This document shows positions 31,769-42,529 of a stretch of DNA of 64,000 nt, piece by piece. This stretch comes from Candidatus Dadabacteria bacterium. GTDB lineage: Bacteria; Desulfobacterota_D; UBA1144; Nemesobacterales; CSP1-2. The notes beneath the pieces are model-generated. The model did no database searches. It had not been told where the DNA came from and worked only from the letters and a program-made list of their open reading frames with translations. The position numbers were made by a program, and so were the translations under genes. Where the stretch lies: positions 640,001 through 704,000 of the forward strand of contig CAWDVW010000007.1 of assembly GCA_963805855.1 (NCBI GenBank), given 5' to 3'. Each line of letters begins with the position of its first letter. Position 1 is the stretch's first letter.

Positions 31769-32761
31769 TTAAAAGAGTGTGATCACACCTATAGAAGTCC
31801 CAATTATACTTAGCGGAGCCAAATCTACGGCGGTGTCAATTCCCTTATCAACCTTCTTTAATGTGTTCTGGGCATCAAAATACAGGGAGTCGTCGTTTAC
31901 GAGCCTACCCAGCGTCCCTTGTCCGCTATTGATCTTTTTCAGCACTGAGTTGAGGTTTGTAGCAGCTTCATTAGCCTGATTATAAAGCGAGTCGTCATTC
32001 AGCAACTTTCCCAGCGTTCCCTTCGAAGTACTAAGGCTATCACTAAGCTTAGCAAGATTAGACATTGCTGACTTGGTTTCATCAAAGAGGGACGAGTCAG
32101 TCACAAGTTTTCCCAAAGTTCCCTTTCCTTCCTTTACGGATGATGAAATGTCGTTAATATTAGCCAAAGCTCCTTTGGCTTCTTCATAAAGGTCATCGTC
32201 TTTCAGGAGTCTTCCTAGTGTTCCTTTTCCTTCTGATAGATCCCCGAGGACTGAATCAACGTTATTTATGATCTTGGTAATCTGTTCCTTGTTTTCACCT
32301 AATACATCAAAAGCTGCAAATGCCGAATCCAAAGAGCTAACAGCAGACTCCACCTTTACGAGGATTTCATTGATATCCGCTGGTTCCTGACTGGCAATAA
32401 CTGATCCAGGGGTCGCCACAGGGCTTTCGGGAGACCCGAACGAAATGTTGACATAGCTAGTTCCAAGAAGCCCTGTGAGCTTTATAGTTGCTACGGAATC
32501 TTTTTTAATAATCACTCCCTCTTTAACGCTCATAAGAACCTCTATCCTGTCATCTGCTATTTTTATCTTGGAGATAGTACCGATGTCTACCCCGTTGAGC
32601 TTAACAGGATTTCCCTCCTTGAGTTCGTCTACTGACTGGAAATAGGTTTTGAGTGCGTATTCGCCCCCAATGAATGGTATCCCTCCAATAAATTCAAATA
32701 TGGCGAGAAGAATAAGCAAACCTACAATAAAAAAGACGCCCACTTTAATCTCTGTGCTCAT
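31769..32761 (-). CDS. mlaD: MCE/MlaD family protein with long repeated helical tail
   Basis: N-terminal TM, GNPVKLNGVDIG, GLLGTSYV; four GTLGxLxxDxxL repeats. Confidence 0.88.
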   Translation of the reverse strand: MSTEIKVGVFFIVGLLILLAIFEFIGGIPFIGGEYALKTYFQSVDELKEGNPVKLNGVDIGTISKIKIADDRIEVLMSVKEGVIIKKDSVATIKLTGLLGTSYVNISFGSPESPVATPGSVIASQEPADINEILVKVESAVSSLDSAFAAFDVLGENKEQITKIINNVDSVLGDLSEGKGTLGRLLKDDDLYEEAKGALANINDISSSVKEGKGTLGKLVTDSSLFDETKSAMSNLAKLSDSLSTSKGTLGKLLNDDSLYNQANEAATNLNSVLKKINSGQGTLGRLVNDDSLYFDAQNTLKKVDKGIDTAVDLAPLSIIGTSIGVITLF

Positions 32762-33588
32762 GAACTATTACCTCCCTGTGGTCTTTCAAACTGCTCTCTT
32801 ATAAATGACTGAACCATCGGATTTGTACTCCTTTTTATGTCTTCGGGTGAGCCGACTTCTATTATCAGCCCCTCGCTTAAGAGAGCGATTCTATCTGCTA
32901 TGTGAAACGCTAAATCAATATCATGTGTTACAACTATCTGAGTAACCTCAACGTGCTCTCTGAGACTCAGAATAAGATCACCAATAGTTCTGGTCATCAT
33001 CGGGTCGAGCCCTGAGGTAGGTTCATCAAAAAGAACGAGTTCCGGATTCATAACTAAGGCTCGTGCTATAGCAACCCTTCTTCTCATTCCCCCACTTAAC
33101 TCACTAGGCATATTTGTTTCCTTCCCATCTAAACCAACAATTGATAGAGAATCGGAAACGATTCTATCTATCTTCGCTTCTTCCCTGAATACCTTATGCT
33201 CTCTAAGATAAAGGGCGATATTTTCTTTAACCGAAAGCGAATTAAATAGCGCAGAAGACTGAAAAACAATTGCTATCCTGTGTTTCTTACGGAAATCAGG
33301 ATTGTCAATATCCTCGCCGTTGATATAAATGTTTCCAGAGTCAGGCTTCTCCAAGCCGATAATATGCCTGAGCAGTATAGTCTTTCCCGAACCGCTCTTC
33401 CCCAGGATTACGATAGTTTCACCTGGTATTATATCGAGGTCTATCCCCTTTAGGACATGGTTATCACCAAAGGATTTTTCTAACCTTTCTATTTTAACAC
33501 CCACAGTCGTGCTTTCTAAATAATCATGTAAAAAATTTCCCCGCCCTTTCAATTTGTCCTGATCAAGAAGATGTTGCTTTGTTGCCAT
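32758..33588 (-). CDS. mlaF: MlaF-like ABC ATPase
   Basis: GKSGSGKT, LSGGMRRR, DEPTSGLDP. Confidence 0.9.
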   Translation of the reverse strand: MATKQHLLDQDKLKGRGNFLHDYLESTTVGVKIERLEKSFGDNHVLKGIDLDIIPGETIVILGKSGSGKTILLRHIIGLEKPDSGNIYINGEDIDNPDFRKKHRIAIVFQSSALFNSLSVKENIALYLREHKVFREEAKIDRIVSDSLSIVGLDGKETNMPSELSGGMRRRVAIARALVMNPELVLFDEPTSGLDPMMTRTIGDLILSLREHVEVTQIVVTHDIDLAFHIADRIALLSEGLIIEVGSPEDIKRSTNPMVQSFIREQFERPQGGNSS

Positions 33589-33600
33589 TGTCTTCTAATG

Positions 33601-34368
33601 TTAATCTAATCCGAATACAATTAAAAGCCTCGAAATAAAATAATCAGAGACCAATATCAATATAAAGGATAGCACTACTGCTTTTGTAACCGAAGTCCCG
33701 ATTTCCCTGGGGCCACCCTTTGTTTTAAGTCCAACATAACAACATACAATAGATATAATCACTCCAAATATCATTGCCTTGATTAAACCATTAATTATAT
33801 CTAAAGGTTCTATTAGCTCAGAAAGATTTCTATAATAGATCTGGAAAGAAATATTTATCTCGGGATTTACTGCCGAAACGATAGCCCCACCAAACCAGCC
33901 TATGAGATCCATGTATATAACTAATAGGGGAAGAGCAATCATACTGGCAAGAAACCTGGGCATCACTAGAAAACGCACAGGGTTAATATCCATGGTTTTG
34001 AGTGCGTCAATTTCTTCGTAAACACTCATAGAGCCTATTTCTGCCGTCATAGCGGATCCGACTCTACCTGCCACGAGAATAGAAGCCATTACCGGCCCCA
34101 ATTCCTTCACCAGTGACAGACCAACCAAGCCGCCAATGTTCTCTTGAACGCCGAACTGCGCCAGGGTTGGTCCCGTTTGCAAAGCTAGAACAGCCCCAAT
34201 AAAAAGGGAAATTAGCGCCGCCACGGGAAGGGTGTGATTTCCTATCTCACGAATTTGAGCGAATACCTTTTCCCGATTACCTATCGCGGCTTTACACCAA
34301 AAGATGCTTTCCATGAAAAGTGTCAGGATTTCACCTGTGGTTTGAAAAAAGGTAGTTATACTGTTCAC
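33601..34368 (-). CDS. mlaE: MlaE-family permease
   Basis: KELGPV, AGRVGSAMTAEIGSM, EEIDAL. Confidence 0.93.
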   Translation of the reverse strand: MNSITTFFQTTGEILTLFMESIFWCKAAIGNREKVFAQIREIGNHTLPVAALISLFIGAVLALQTGPTLAQFGVQENIGGLVGLSLVKELGPVMASILVAGRVGSAMTAEIGSMSVYEEIDALKTMDINPVRFLVMPRFLASMIALPLLVIYMDLIGWFGGAIVSAVNPEINISFQIYYRNLSELIEPLDIINGLIKAMIFGVIISIVCCYVGLKTKGGPREIGTSVTKAVVLSFILILVSDYFISRLLIVFGLD

Positions 34369-35974
34369 TGACTTCCTCCGATATGTTTTCCTCTTTCTCT
34401 CTTGAACCTATAGTGATTGGAATAAATAGAAACTTCAGTTTCCTCTTCGTACCAATTCTCTGATAACCAAAAAGACCGCCAAAAAAATGAGTCTTAGATT
34501 CCCCTGCTGCACGAGTGTAAGAGAATATCGGTATGATTGGCTGTAAACTGACTTTGGTAGTTTTCTTGCTGGATTCCGTCCTGAATGTGTTCCACAGAAA
34601 AGAACTAACTGTTCTCCCATCACTATATTTTTTCCATTCAAAAAACCGCCACAGGGGTGAATAGTTTCTTTCCAATCCATCGACGCCAAAAACCAATGGC
34701 TCGAGGAGAGACACAAACTGAAACGATCGATTCCCTTCGTTATCCCTCCTGTAGCTGAAAAGGGGCCAACTATCTATTCTCCTGCCACTCGTTCCACCTT
34801 CAATTGTTGGCTCATCTTTGATATCCTTGTAGAGAAAAAATAAGATGGATTTACTGTCCCTTCTATAGTCCTCAAGTGTCACGGAGCTATACCTGTAAAG
34901 TGGCCAAAGTATAAATCCATCAGTGTCCTGATAACCTACTCCCCTTGATTCTTTGTCGCCCGAGTAAAAGGGAACCACTCTTCCTCCACCTCTCTCTCCC
35001 AGGAAATGAGCATAAAATGGGAAAAATCTATTCCCCTCCCTCGTGCCCCTCGTGATCCCGATTAAGGGCCAAGGTACGCTTAATTGCTTGAATCCCTTTT
35101 TCTTATCTTCAAGATAATTGAAAAAGGGCCAAAAATAAGTCTTGTTTGTGAAATCCGGAGATTCAAAGCGTGTGTAAAAAGGGAAGATTGCGAAAGTTTT
35201 TCGTTCTTCATCATAAAATGTTTTGTTTCTAGACATAAAGATTGGCCAAAGCACAAACTTATCGTCCAGCTTTCCCTCCTTTTTCCTATAGCCAAATAGG
35301 GGCCAGAATCTGAAACCCCTCTGCCCACCGCCTTTATAATATCCGAAAAAAGGCCAAAGAAAACTACTGTTAATCTCCTCACCATCTCTGGTCTGCACGA
35401 ATAATGGGAAGAGGACAAATCTGATCTCATCCCTATAAAATTTATTTTTCATATTTCCAAAAAATGGGAAAAATGCAAAGTAGCTATTCTCTTTAATTTC
35501 AGCGCTCTTTGAGAATATAAATGGGAATAGATTAAATTCTTTTTCATCAAATCCATTCTTTGTTTTTTCAGACTCGAGATAAAACAAATACACAAGAAGC
35601 TGGAATCTCCAATTATCGTCCCTTCTATCATATGTTGCAAAGGGATAAAGCATATCAAGCTCGATTGAATTCTCCTCTCTATTGTTAATAAAATAAAAAA
35701 AGGGCCGAAATCCAAACTCTGTCGATTCGTCGCTGCGCCTTGATGTTATAAACGGCCCTAAGGCATTTATCTCTTGGGCATGTGATTTCGGATCCCCTTC
35801 GGTGCTTAATAAGGGACCTAAATTAATGCCTTCAGCACAAAAAGATACATTTGCAAAAATAACTAATGATAACAATCCGAAGCATAAAACATTAAACGGT
35901 TTGAACAATCTATCAATCCTGACCAGCTTAAAATAGGCTTTGTTTGTAAGGTAATCTCCATGTAAACACTTCAT
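34331..35974 (-). CDS. Exported aromatic-rich repeat protein (hypothetical)
   Basis: Signal-like segment, then many (F/L)(W/F)P(F/L)F repeats; lies in an operon between alr and mlaE. Confidence 0.75.
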   Translation of the reverse strand: MKCLHGDYLTNKAYFKLVRIDRLFKPFNVLCFGLLSLVIFANVSFCAEGINLGPLLSTEGDPKSHAQEINALGPFITSRRSDESTEFGFRPFFYFINNREENSIELDMLYPFATYDRRDDNWRFQLLVYLFYLESEKTKNGFDEKEFNLFPFIFSKSAEIKENSYFAFFPFFGNMKNKFYRDEIRFVLFPLFVQTRDGEEINSSFLWPFFGYYKGGGQRGFRFWPLFGYRKKEGKLDDKFVLWPIFMSRNKTFYDEERKTFAIFPFYTRFESPDFTNKTYFWPFFNYLEDKKKGFKQLSVPWPLIGITRGTREGNRFFPFYAHFLGERGGGRVVPFYSGDKESRGVGYQDTDGFILWPLYRYSSVTLEDYRRDSKSILFFLYKDIKDEPTIEGGTSGRRIDSWPLFSYRRDNEGNRSFQFVSLLEPLVFGVDGLERNYSPLWRFFEWKKYSDGRTVSSFLWNTFRTESSKKTTKVSLQPIIPIFSYTRAAGESKTHFFGGLFGYQRIGTKRKLKFLFIPITIGSREKEENISEEVSEQYNYLFSNHR

Positions 35975-37062
35975 ACATATACGCGAGGTACCCTTTTACC
36001 AGTTATTGACAATATTTCATATGAAATTGTCCCAGCCCACCTTGCAACATCTTCAACCGTTACCAACTCATCTCCAAAAAGAACAACTTCATCGTCTTCT
36101 TTTATTCCAGGTACATCTGTTACATCTATTATTGTAAGATCCATACACACCTTCCCCACCACAGGTGCACTATAGCCTTTTGTTGACACCTTAGCGCGGT
36201 TGGAAAGCATCCTCATATAGCCATCAGCGTAACCAATTGGTAATATAGCAATAACCGTCGGCCTCTTAGTAACAAACGTACCACCGTAGCTTATAGGAAC
36301 GCCCGACGGCACCTGTTTTATCTGAATCACCCTAGTCTTTAACTTCATGACAGGGCTCAATTTAACCTTTTGATCAATGCCCGAACCATATAGCATTATT
36401 CCCGGCCGTACAAGATTCAAGTGCGATGCCGGGAACCTCTGAATAGCTGAGCTATTCGCTATATGAAGGTATTTCGGAAAAACACCTGCCTGATTTACAA
36501 TGGAGTGGATATCCTTAAATATTCTTATCTGCTTCATAGTGTAATCCACAAGTTCCATATCGGCATTTGCAAGGTGGCTAAATAGCCCTTCCATCTTTAA
36601 ATTCTTAAAGCGAAGAATTTCATCCATGAAGCCATGAAGCTCCTCAATCCCTACTCCGAGCCTCGTCATCCCTGTATCTATCTTTAGGTGATAGCTTACT
36701 TGTACCCCGAACTTGCTTGCGTAATGGTTAAGGATAGATGCAATTCGGAGCGAATAAACAGTAGGCGTTAATCCGCACTCAACGACGGTTTTAGCTTCAT
36801 TTTGATTGATTCCGGCCAATACTAATATGGGGGCTTTCATACCCGATCCCCTAAGTTCTAAAGCCTCATCGACCGTTGCCACACCAAACAGTTGTGAACC
36901 ACACAATTCAAAAAGAGCTTTACTCACAGCAATCGCACCATGTCCATAGGCATCCGCTTTGACTATTGACATGATACCGGTGCCGTTACCAATCAGCTTT
37001 TTAACATGAAGAAAATTTGATTTAAGTGAATTGATATCAATTTCAGCCCAGGTCGGTCTCAT
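35971..37062 (-). CDS. alr: Alanine racemase
   Basis: VKADAYGHG, KIDTGMTRLG, GYADG, CMD. Confidence 0.98.
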   Translation of the reverse strand: MRPTWAEIDINSLKSNFLHVKKLIGNGTGIMSIVKADAYGHGAIAVSKALFELCGSQLFGVATVDEALELRGSGMKAPILVLAGINQNEAKTVVECGLTPTVYSLRIASILNHYASKFGVQVSYHLKIDTGMTRLGVGIEELHGFMDEILRFKNLKMEGLFSHLANADMELVDYTMKQIRIFKDIHSIVNQAGVFPKYLHIANSSAIQRFPASHLNLVRPGIMLYGSGIDQKVKLSPVMKLKTRVIQIKQVPSGVPISYGGTFVTKRPTVIAILPIGYADGYMRMLSNRAKVSTKGYSAPVVGKVCMDLTIIDVTDVPGIKEDDEVVLFGDELVTVEDVARWAGTISYEILSITGKRVPRVYV

Positions 37063-37109
37063 AAAGTATTAACTATATAACTCCAATTCCACTTTTATTC
37101 AGTCTGTTA

Positions 37110-38642
37110 TCATTCAAGGCTAATAAAAACTTCCTTCATGTCTTTTGATGTAAGTCTCGATACGGTGGTTATACGATCACTGAATTTCTTCAGTGTCTCT
37201 GGTGATTCCCTACCCGTTAAGTCAATTAGCACAGAATATATCTTAAATTTAAGCTTATGCTTTAATTCTAAAAATCCGCTTAACCACTCGTCACCAACAT
37301 CACACTCCCCATCCGTAATAAACACAACATCACCTCTTTTGAATTTCGATAGACTTAAAAGCTCCGACGCCTTATCGAGAGGGTCCTGGAAGTCAGTCCC
37401 CCCTCCAGGAAAATATTCAGCTAGTTCAATTATATCATTTTCCGACATTCCCCAGCGATTTCCCGCCCTTGACTCGAAATACTTTAGTGGCGATCCCTTC
37501 GATGAATATACTATCACCCTGAACTTCCTCCTCTGCCTCTTTGCATAGTCGAGAAGCGTTATGCATACCGCCTTTGACCATATCTCCTTGTCTCCGGACA
37601 TTGACGAACTACCGTCTAAACAGACAACGACAGGCCCCCTGCCCTTTTCTAATCTAAGATAATATTGAAGGAGCTTTTCTTCAATAAATCTTTTCATGAA
37701 ATCTTTCCTGAGATGTTTATGACTTAACGCTAATAATTCGGAAGGGATTATTCGACCAAGATCAGACCCGTTGGAGACATTATATACTTCACTACCCGTT
37801 TTTGACCACACCTTTCTTCTAGAGGTTAACATTTCCTCCTTAAGGCTACCAACCATGTTTGACAGCTTTCTTAGTTTCTCACTTTTAATCAACTTGGATG
37901 CCAGATCAATTCTTTTTCCTAATGCTTTTTCTGCCGGAATCCCCATTGAAGATCCCCACCCTGTTATTTCATCTTCAGCCTCTTCGACCCTATCTCTAGC
38001 GATAGCCAGAGAGGATCGTATTTGTCTTTCAATTTTTTTATCAAATTTTGCCAGTATTTCTTTTTGCTCTTTAATGAGGTCTTTAAGCTCTCCTTCTGCA
38101 GCGTTGAGCTTAAAATCAGCATTCTTTTTTTCATGTCTTAATTTCTTATTATTCATGTTTTCTAGAGATTTGGCTTTATCAATTTCTTCCCATGTCTTTA
38201 ACTGTTCTTCATATTCATTATGGCTTTGTACCGCTGCACTAATCTCCCACTCTCGGAGAAGTGTTTTTTTTGAAATCCCTTCATCAGATTTGATCCATTT
38301 AATCAATTCTTCACCAAGTATCAGGGTCGCAGTTGCAGACTTGAAGCCGTCAAGCACTGTTTCCTCCCTCAGACTTTTATAAGTTTCGCTCGAATGAGCC
38401 ATTTCAATTATCATTCTGCCCAACGTAAAACGTTCATTACTCCCGTCTCTCGATATTATGAGTACATTTAGTTTGAAAAAGCTAGCAAATAAATCCAAAA
38501 CCAAGGATCGAAAATCCGGTACGAGATTTGAACCCCTATCGATCAGATTTTGTAGTTCTTTAGATGTACCCTCAAGCTCTGAAAATAATTTTCTATCATA
38601 TGAGTCGGTTTCTATTATCTCCGATGACATAAGATTACTCAT
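37110..38642 (-). CDS. VWA domain protein (ViaA/CoxE-like)
   Basis: DGSSS MIDAS motif, GGGTDF, FITDGE, DLGRIIPSEL. Confidence 0.88.
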   Translation of the reverse strand: MSNLMSSEIIETDSYDRKLFSELEGTSKELQNLIDRGSNLVPDFRSLVLDLFASFFKLNVLIISRDGSNERFTLGRMIIEMAHSSETYKSLREETVLDGFKSATATLILGEELIKWIKSDEGISKKTLLREWEISAAVQSHNEYEEQLKTWEEIDKAKSLENMNNKKLRHEKKNADFKLNAAEGELKDLIKEQKEILAKFDKKIERQIRSSLAIARDRVEEAEDEITGWGSSMGIPAEKALGKRIDLASKLIKSEKLRKLSNMVGSLKEEMLTSRRKVWSKTGSEVYNVSNGSDLGRIIPSELLALSHKHLRKDFMKRFIEEKLLQYYLRLEKGRGPVVVCLDGSSSMSGDKEIWSKAVCITLLDYAKRQRRKFRVIVYSSKGSPLKYFESRAGNRWGMSENDIIELAEYFPGGGTDFQDPLDKASELLSLSKFKRGDVVFITDGECDVGDEWLSGFLELKHKLKFKIYSVLIDLTGRESPETLKKFSDRITTVSRLTSKDMKEVFISLE

Positions 38643-38740
38643 TTAAATTAACGTAACACGGCAGCCTAGATGTATCAATAAAAATTTATCATGATAAAAT
38701 AATCCGTCGACCAACAAATCTGATATTTGTCTGAATTCTC

Positions 38741-39904
38741 ATGGAAATAAGTGCCAAAGAAATAAAGGCTGTAACAGTTATAAGTATGATAATGGGGCTT
38801 CGGCTTTTAGGAATCTTTTTCATTCTACCTGTTTTTAGCGTATACACCATAAACTATCCGGGAGCAACCTTAACTCTTACAGGAATTGCATTTGGCATAT
38901 ATGCACTTTCCCAGAGCCTTTTGCAAATACCCTTTGGCTGGGCCAGTGATATTTTCGGGCGAAAGTCTATTATGATAATAGGGCTTTTATTGTTTTCTTT
39001 TGGTAGTCTTCTATGTGCCATGGCTGGAAGCATAGATCAGTTGATCCTGGCGCGTGTAATACAGGGAAGCGGTGCGGTAGGAGCTGTAGCAATCGCTGCG
39101 CTGGGTGATTCAACACGACCTCAGATCCGAGCTGAGGCTTTCACAATCACGTCAATCATCATTGGGGCTTCATTTATAATTGGTCTGATAGGCGGCCCAT
39201 TTATTGCTGCTAAACTTGGTTTTAAAAGTCTTTTTTACACGCTTACGTTGTTAGGTCTTATTGCTCTCACAGCCACAGTCTTTTTTTTCCCTAAAATTGA
39301 TGCCCATCCTGAAAATAAACAAAAAACAAGCATTTTAGCACTTATTAAAGAAATAGAGCTCCAAAGAATTTACCTTGCTTCGTTCGTTAATTCTCTTATC
39401 CTAAATGTTTTCCTTTTTATATACCCACTGAGTTGGATATCACTTGGTGTAGAAAAATTAAACCTGTGGAAGATTTATCTTATAATCCTACTTCCAAGTG
39501 TTCTAATAATCTTCCCATACATCAGATATGCAGAGAAAAAAGGCAAATTAAAACTACCCACGAGAGCCGGATGGGTCGTACTGCTTATTAGCTACTTATT
39601 ATACCTTTTCACTGGAAACAATAATTGGATATTGTTCCTTTCAGGCATAGCGCTTTTTTTCGGATATACACTTTATCAGTCTGTTCTTCCCGCCTTTTTA
39701 ACGATGAGAGCAGCACCATCTAGCCGTGGCGTAGCAAGCGGGTTTTATAATCTGTCAAATTTTTTCGGGGCATCCCTGGGAGGAATGCTCGTCGGATATC
39801 TCTACCATATAAATCAGTACATACCATTGGTTATCGGCTTACTCATTATATTGCTCTGGGGATTTATTGGGTTACCCAACCAACCATCTAAAATGAATGA
39901 TTAG
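38741..39904 (+). CDS. MFS transporter (YajR-like)
   Basis: RLLGIFFILPV, QIPFGWASDIFGRK; about 12 hydrophobic segments. Confidence 0.92.
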   Translation: MEISAKEIKAVTVISMIMGLRLLGIFFILPVFSVYTINYPGATLTLTGIAFGIYALSQSLLQIPFGWASDIFGRKSIMIIGLLLFSFGSLLCAMAGSIDQLILARVIQGSGAVGAVAIAALGDSTRPQIRAEAFTITSIIIGASFIIGLIGGPFIAAKLGFKSLFYTLTLLGLIALTATVFFFPKIDAHPENKQKTSILALIKEIELQRIYLASFVNSLILNVFLFIYPLSWISLGVEKLNLWKIYLIILLPSVLIIFPYIRYAEKKGKLKLPTRAGWVVLLISYLLYLFTGNNNWILFLSGIALFFGYTLYQSVLPAFLTMRAAPSSRGVASGFYNLSNFFGASLGGMLVGYLYHINQYIPLVIGLLIILLWGFIGLPNQPSKMND

Positions 39905-40132
39905 TATTCAAAATTTAATGTTTAATTTCCCGGGAGCATGGATTAATCATTGGTTTTGAATTCGTATTCGCCTTTTATTAAATCAAGGTATAATGAATTA
40001 ATAGGATCTCACGCCATGATTGGCTTATGCTTAATTGACACCTTAAATTGTCCAATTAGACTAACATTCAAGATGCAAACCTTTAAAGTCTAAGTTCTAT
40101 ATTAAAACCTACATTATATTAGTATTCATGAT

Positions 40133-41416
40133 ATGACGGGTTCAATCATCAATCTACGACAATATAAATTCGAACAAGCCGAAAGAGACTTGAGATCAAA
40201 ATTAATAGATTTTACTCATCGTCCTCAGATCCAGGCTCAGATCGGTGAGGCTTTCTACATTTGGAAGAACGACCCCGAGCTTATTCAACAATATTACGAG
40301 GAAGAAGAGATCAGCGACATCACATTCACTAAGTTCTTTGATTGGTTCATATACGATTTCAAACTTATAGATATTGGTACAAGCGTAATCGAGCTTTTCT
40401 ACGAGCAGGAGGCTGATTCGCTATCCAATTTTGAAAAATCCATATTGAGAGATTGGTTAAACAGCACATTTAGTTATTTTGACGTAGAAGGGGTAGTTAC
40501 AAATGAAGGGTGCAACATAAGAGACATATTTACAAATGAACTTATATTTGTAACTGATAATTCTGCCTCTAAGCAGGTTAAGATCCCCGACATAATCGGG
40601 GCAAGACTTATAACAACCGACAAAAATACCTTTTTCTCGGGTGTAATATCAGTTTACCCACAAACCTTTAAATCGTTCATCCTTGACTTTTATAATCGCG
40701 AATTTAAGGAGTTTAAAAAAACATTTGGGAAAAAATCTAGCCATCATGATTTCTTAAAAAACTGGGGCTTTCTCATTGGCAACTATTTAGACCATATATT
40801 GGAGCATTCTCGTTTTCTAACCCCCGATGGGGACGAGCTGGTTTTTGCACGGGCAGATTACAGTTTTGTCGATTTTAATCTCGTTGCGTCAAAAATCAGG
40901 GAAATCAAGGCGATACAGGAAGTTAGTGGCGGGTCAGACGAGCTCAGAGTTTTCGTTTTATCTCACATAGAGAAAAAAAGCACAAATACGATAATCGAGG
41001 TTGAAGTTGGAAAACTCGTAATTCAAGCACATTCTATAGAATCTCTGAACAAAGCAAAAGCACTCATTGAAAAAAAACTAAAGGGACTAATTTCGCATAA
41101 AGGTGATTCAACGAAACATCCAGATTCCTTAATAAATCCTAACTCGTTGGTGATAGCTAAACAGAAGAAATTGCCATTTGGAGCCAGAAACAAGAAGGAA
41201 ATGGATAGGATTCTCGACGAATACTACGATGATTGGATTGATGAACCTATAGATGCACTGAATGGCAAGTCCCCAAGAGAAGCATTAAAAACGAAATATG
41301 GAAGAAACAAATTGATCTCAATATTATCCGAGCTCGAAAGGCTGTATAAACATGCAAAAAAGATGGGTGAACCTTACTACGATATTAAAAAATTACGAAA
41401 TAAACTCAAGCTTTGA
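40133..41416 (+). CDS. Hypothetical protein with C-terminal MbcA/ParS-like motif
   Basis: FFDWFIYD N-terminal block; WIDEPIDALNGKSPREA near the C-terminus. Confidence 0.7.
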   Translation: MTGSIINLRQYKFEQAERDLRSKLIDFTHRPQIQAQIGEAFYIWKNDPELIQQYYEEEEISDITFTKFFDWFIYDFKLIDIGTSVIELFYEQEADSLSNFEKSILRDWLNSTFSYFDVEGVVTNEGCNIRDIFTNELIFVTDNSASKQVKIPDIIGARLITTDKNTFFSGVISVYPQTFKSFILDFYNREFKEFKKTFGKKSSHHDFLKNWGFLIGNYLDHILEHSRFLTPDGDELVFARADYSFVDFNLVASKIREIKAIQEVSGGSDELRVFVLSHIEKKSTNTIIEVEVGKLVIQAHSIESLNKAKALIEKKLKGLISHKGDSTKHPDSLINPNSLVIAKQKKLPFGARNKKEMDRILDEYYDDWIDEPIDALNGKSPREALKTKYGRNKLISILSELERLYKHAKKMGEPYYDIKKLRNKLKL

Positions 41417-41906
41417 ATTGTCTCAGATTGTTATCCTTCCCGCTATAGAGAAAAGCCAATACCAATACAAGTAAGGCTGCAAAAGAGATCTGTAGGACTA
41501 ATACTGAACCTAGTTTGAGATAGGCAAATGATGGACTGATATAACGAATAAGCCAACCGGCAGCTATATCACCAAATGCCGACATATATGATGCCAGGAT
41601 AATTATTAACTTCCACACATTTTTAATTTTCGAAAAGAGTATGAGATGATTGAGAGTAACCAGAATTATAGCCATTGAAAAGAAATGGAAATGAGACTCC
41701 TCTAGTAATCCCAAATAGCTCTTTGGTTCTCTGAAATGCTCTTCTGATCCTCTGTAATAATCAACTATGGATTGATAACTAAAACCGATCTTAATATACA
41801 GAAGAAGATTGGTTAGCCAAAGAAAAAACAAAAACACCAGAGTAAAGACAACGATTAGCTTAAGTAGGCTATTATTCCTTATATCATTAGATATAAAAAA
41901 CTTCAT
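41406..41906 (-). CDS. His-containing ~4-TM membrane protein
   Basis: ATG at 41906 overlaps the upstream stop (ATGA); LEESHFHFFSM...LNH. Confidence 0.75.
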   Translation of the reverse strand: MKFFISNDIRNNSLLKLIVVFTLVFLFFLWLTNLLLYIKIGFSYQSIVDYYRGSEEHFREPKSYLGLLEESHFHFFSMAIILVTLNHLILFSKIKNVWKLIIILASYMSAFGDIAAGWLIRYISPSFAYLKLGSVLVLQISFAALLVLVLAFLYSGKDNNLRQFKA

Positions 41907-42451
41907 TCCGGACCCTTTCCTTTTACAGCTACCTGGTAAATAGCCAGTATACTTCTGATGGATTTCATTAACGCATTCGATGTAATAGTTGCTCCCGTGA
42001 TGTTTGGTATCCCCCTTCCTAACCACAGAGAATCGTCCAGAGGTCTATTTTGATATAGCTGTAGCCAACCCTTAGATGGCATGTATTCCGATGGCTCGAA
42101 AAAAGCTAGAATCTCGGTTAGCTTAAGAGTTCCCTCAGGATTTATCACAATAATCACAGTCTCGGTCTTTGTTCTTAAGTGATGCGTATCGATGACTGCG
42201 TAGCCCAGTGTTTCATTCCCCTTTTTCCCCTCATAAAATACATAAAGCTTCGAATGAAGCTGTGTTTTTGCTATGGACTCTATCTCTTCAACCTGTTCTT
42301 TATTTAAGAAGATGTTTCTTTTCAAAATATTATCCGCATCTGGAAACACATGTTTTAGAGCTTCTTCCCTCGTCATAAACACTTTGCAAAATGCCAGGGA
42401 ATAAAGCAAGACAACAAGCGACAGGGTGAAACACAAAATTATCCTAGACAT
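41903..42451 (-). CDS. Exported FMN-binding domain protein
   Basis: Signal peptide; NITGATITS flavinylation-type motif. Confidence 0.82.
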   Translation of the reverse strand: MSRIILCFTLSLVVLLYSLAFCKVFMTREEALKHVFPDADNILKRNIFLNKEQVEEIESIAKTQLHSKLYVFYEGKKGNETLGYAVIDTHHLRTKTETVIIVINPEGTLKLTEILAFFEPSEYMPSKGWLQLYQNRPLDDSLWLGRGIPNITGATITSNALMKSIRSILAIYQVAVKGKGPE

Positions 42452-42529
42452 AGTTAAGAGTTTATTTTGGCTCGAATCAAGAACGGCAAAGGTTATTATA
42501 ATCTCAACAACCGCTTAATTTAACCTGAT

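Noticed and set aside
37771-38382. 203 aa ORF and many similar short ORFs overlapping genes
   Set aside because: Antisense or alternate-frame shadows of well-supported genes
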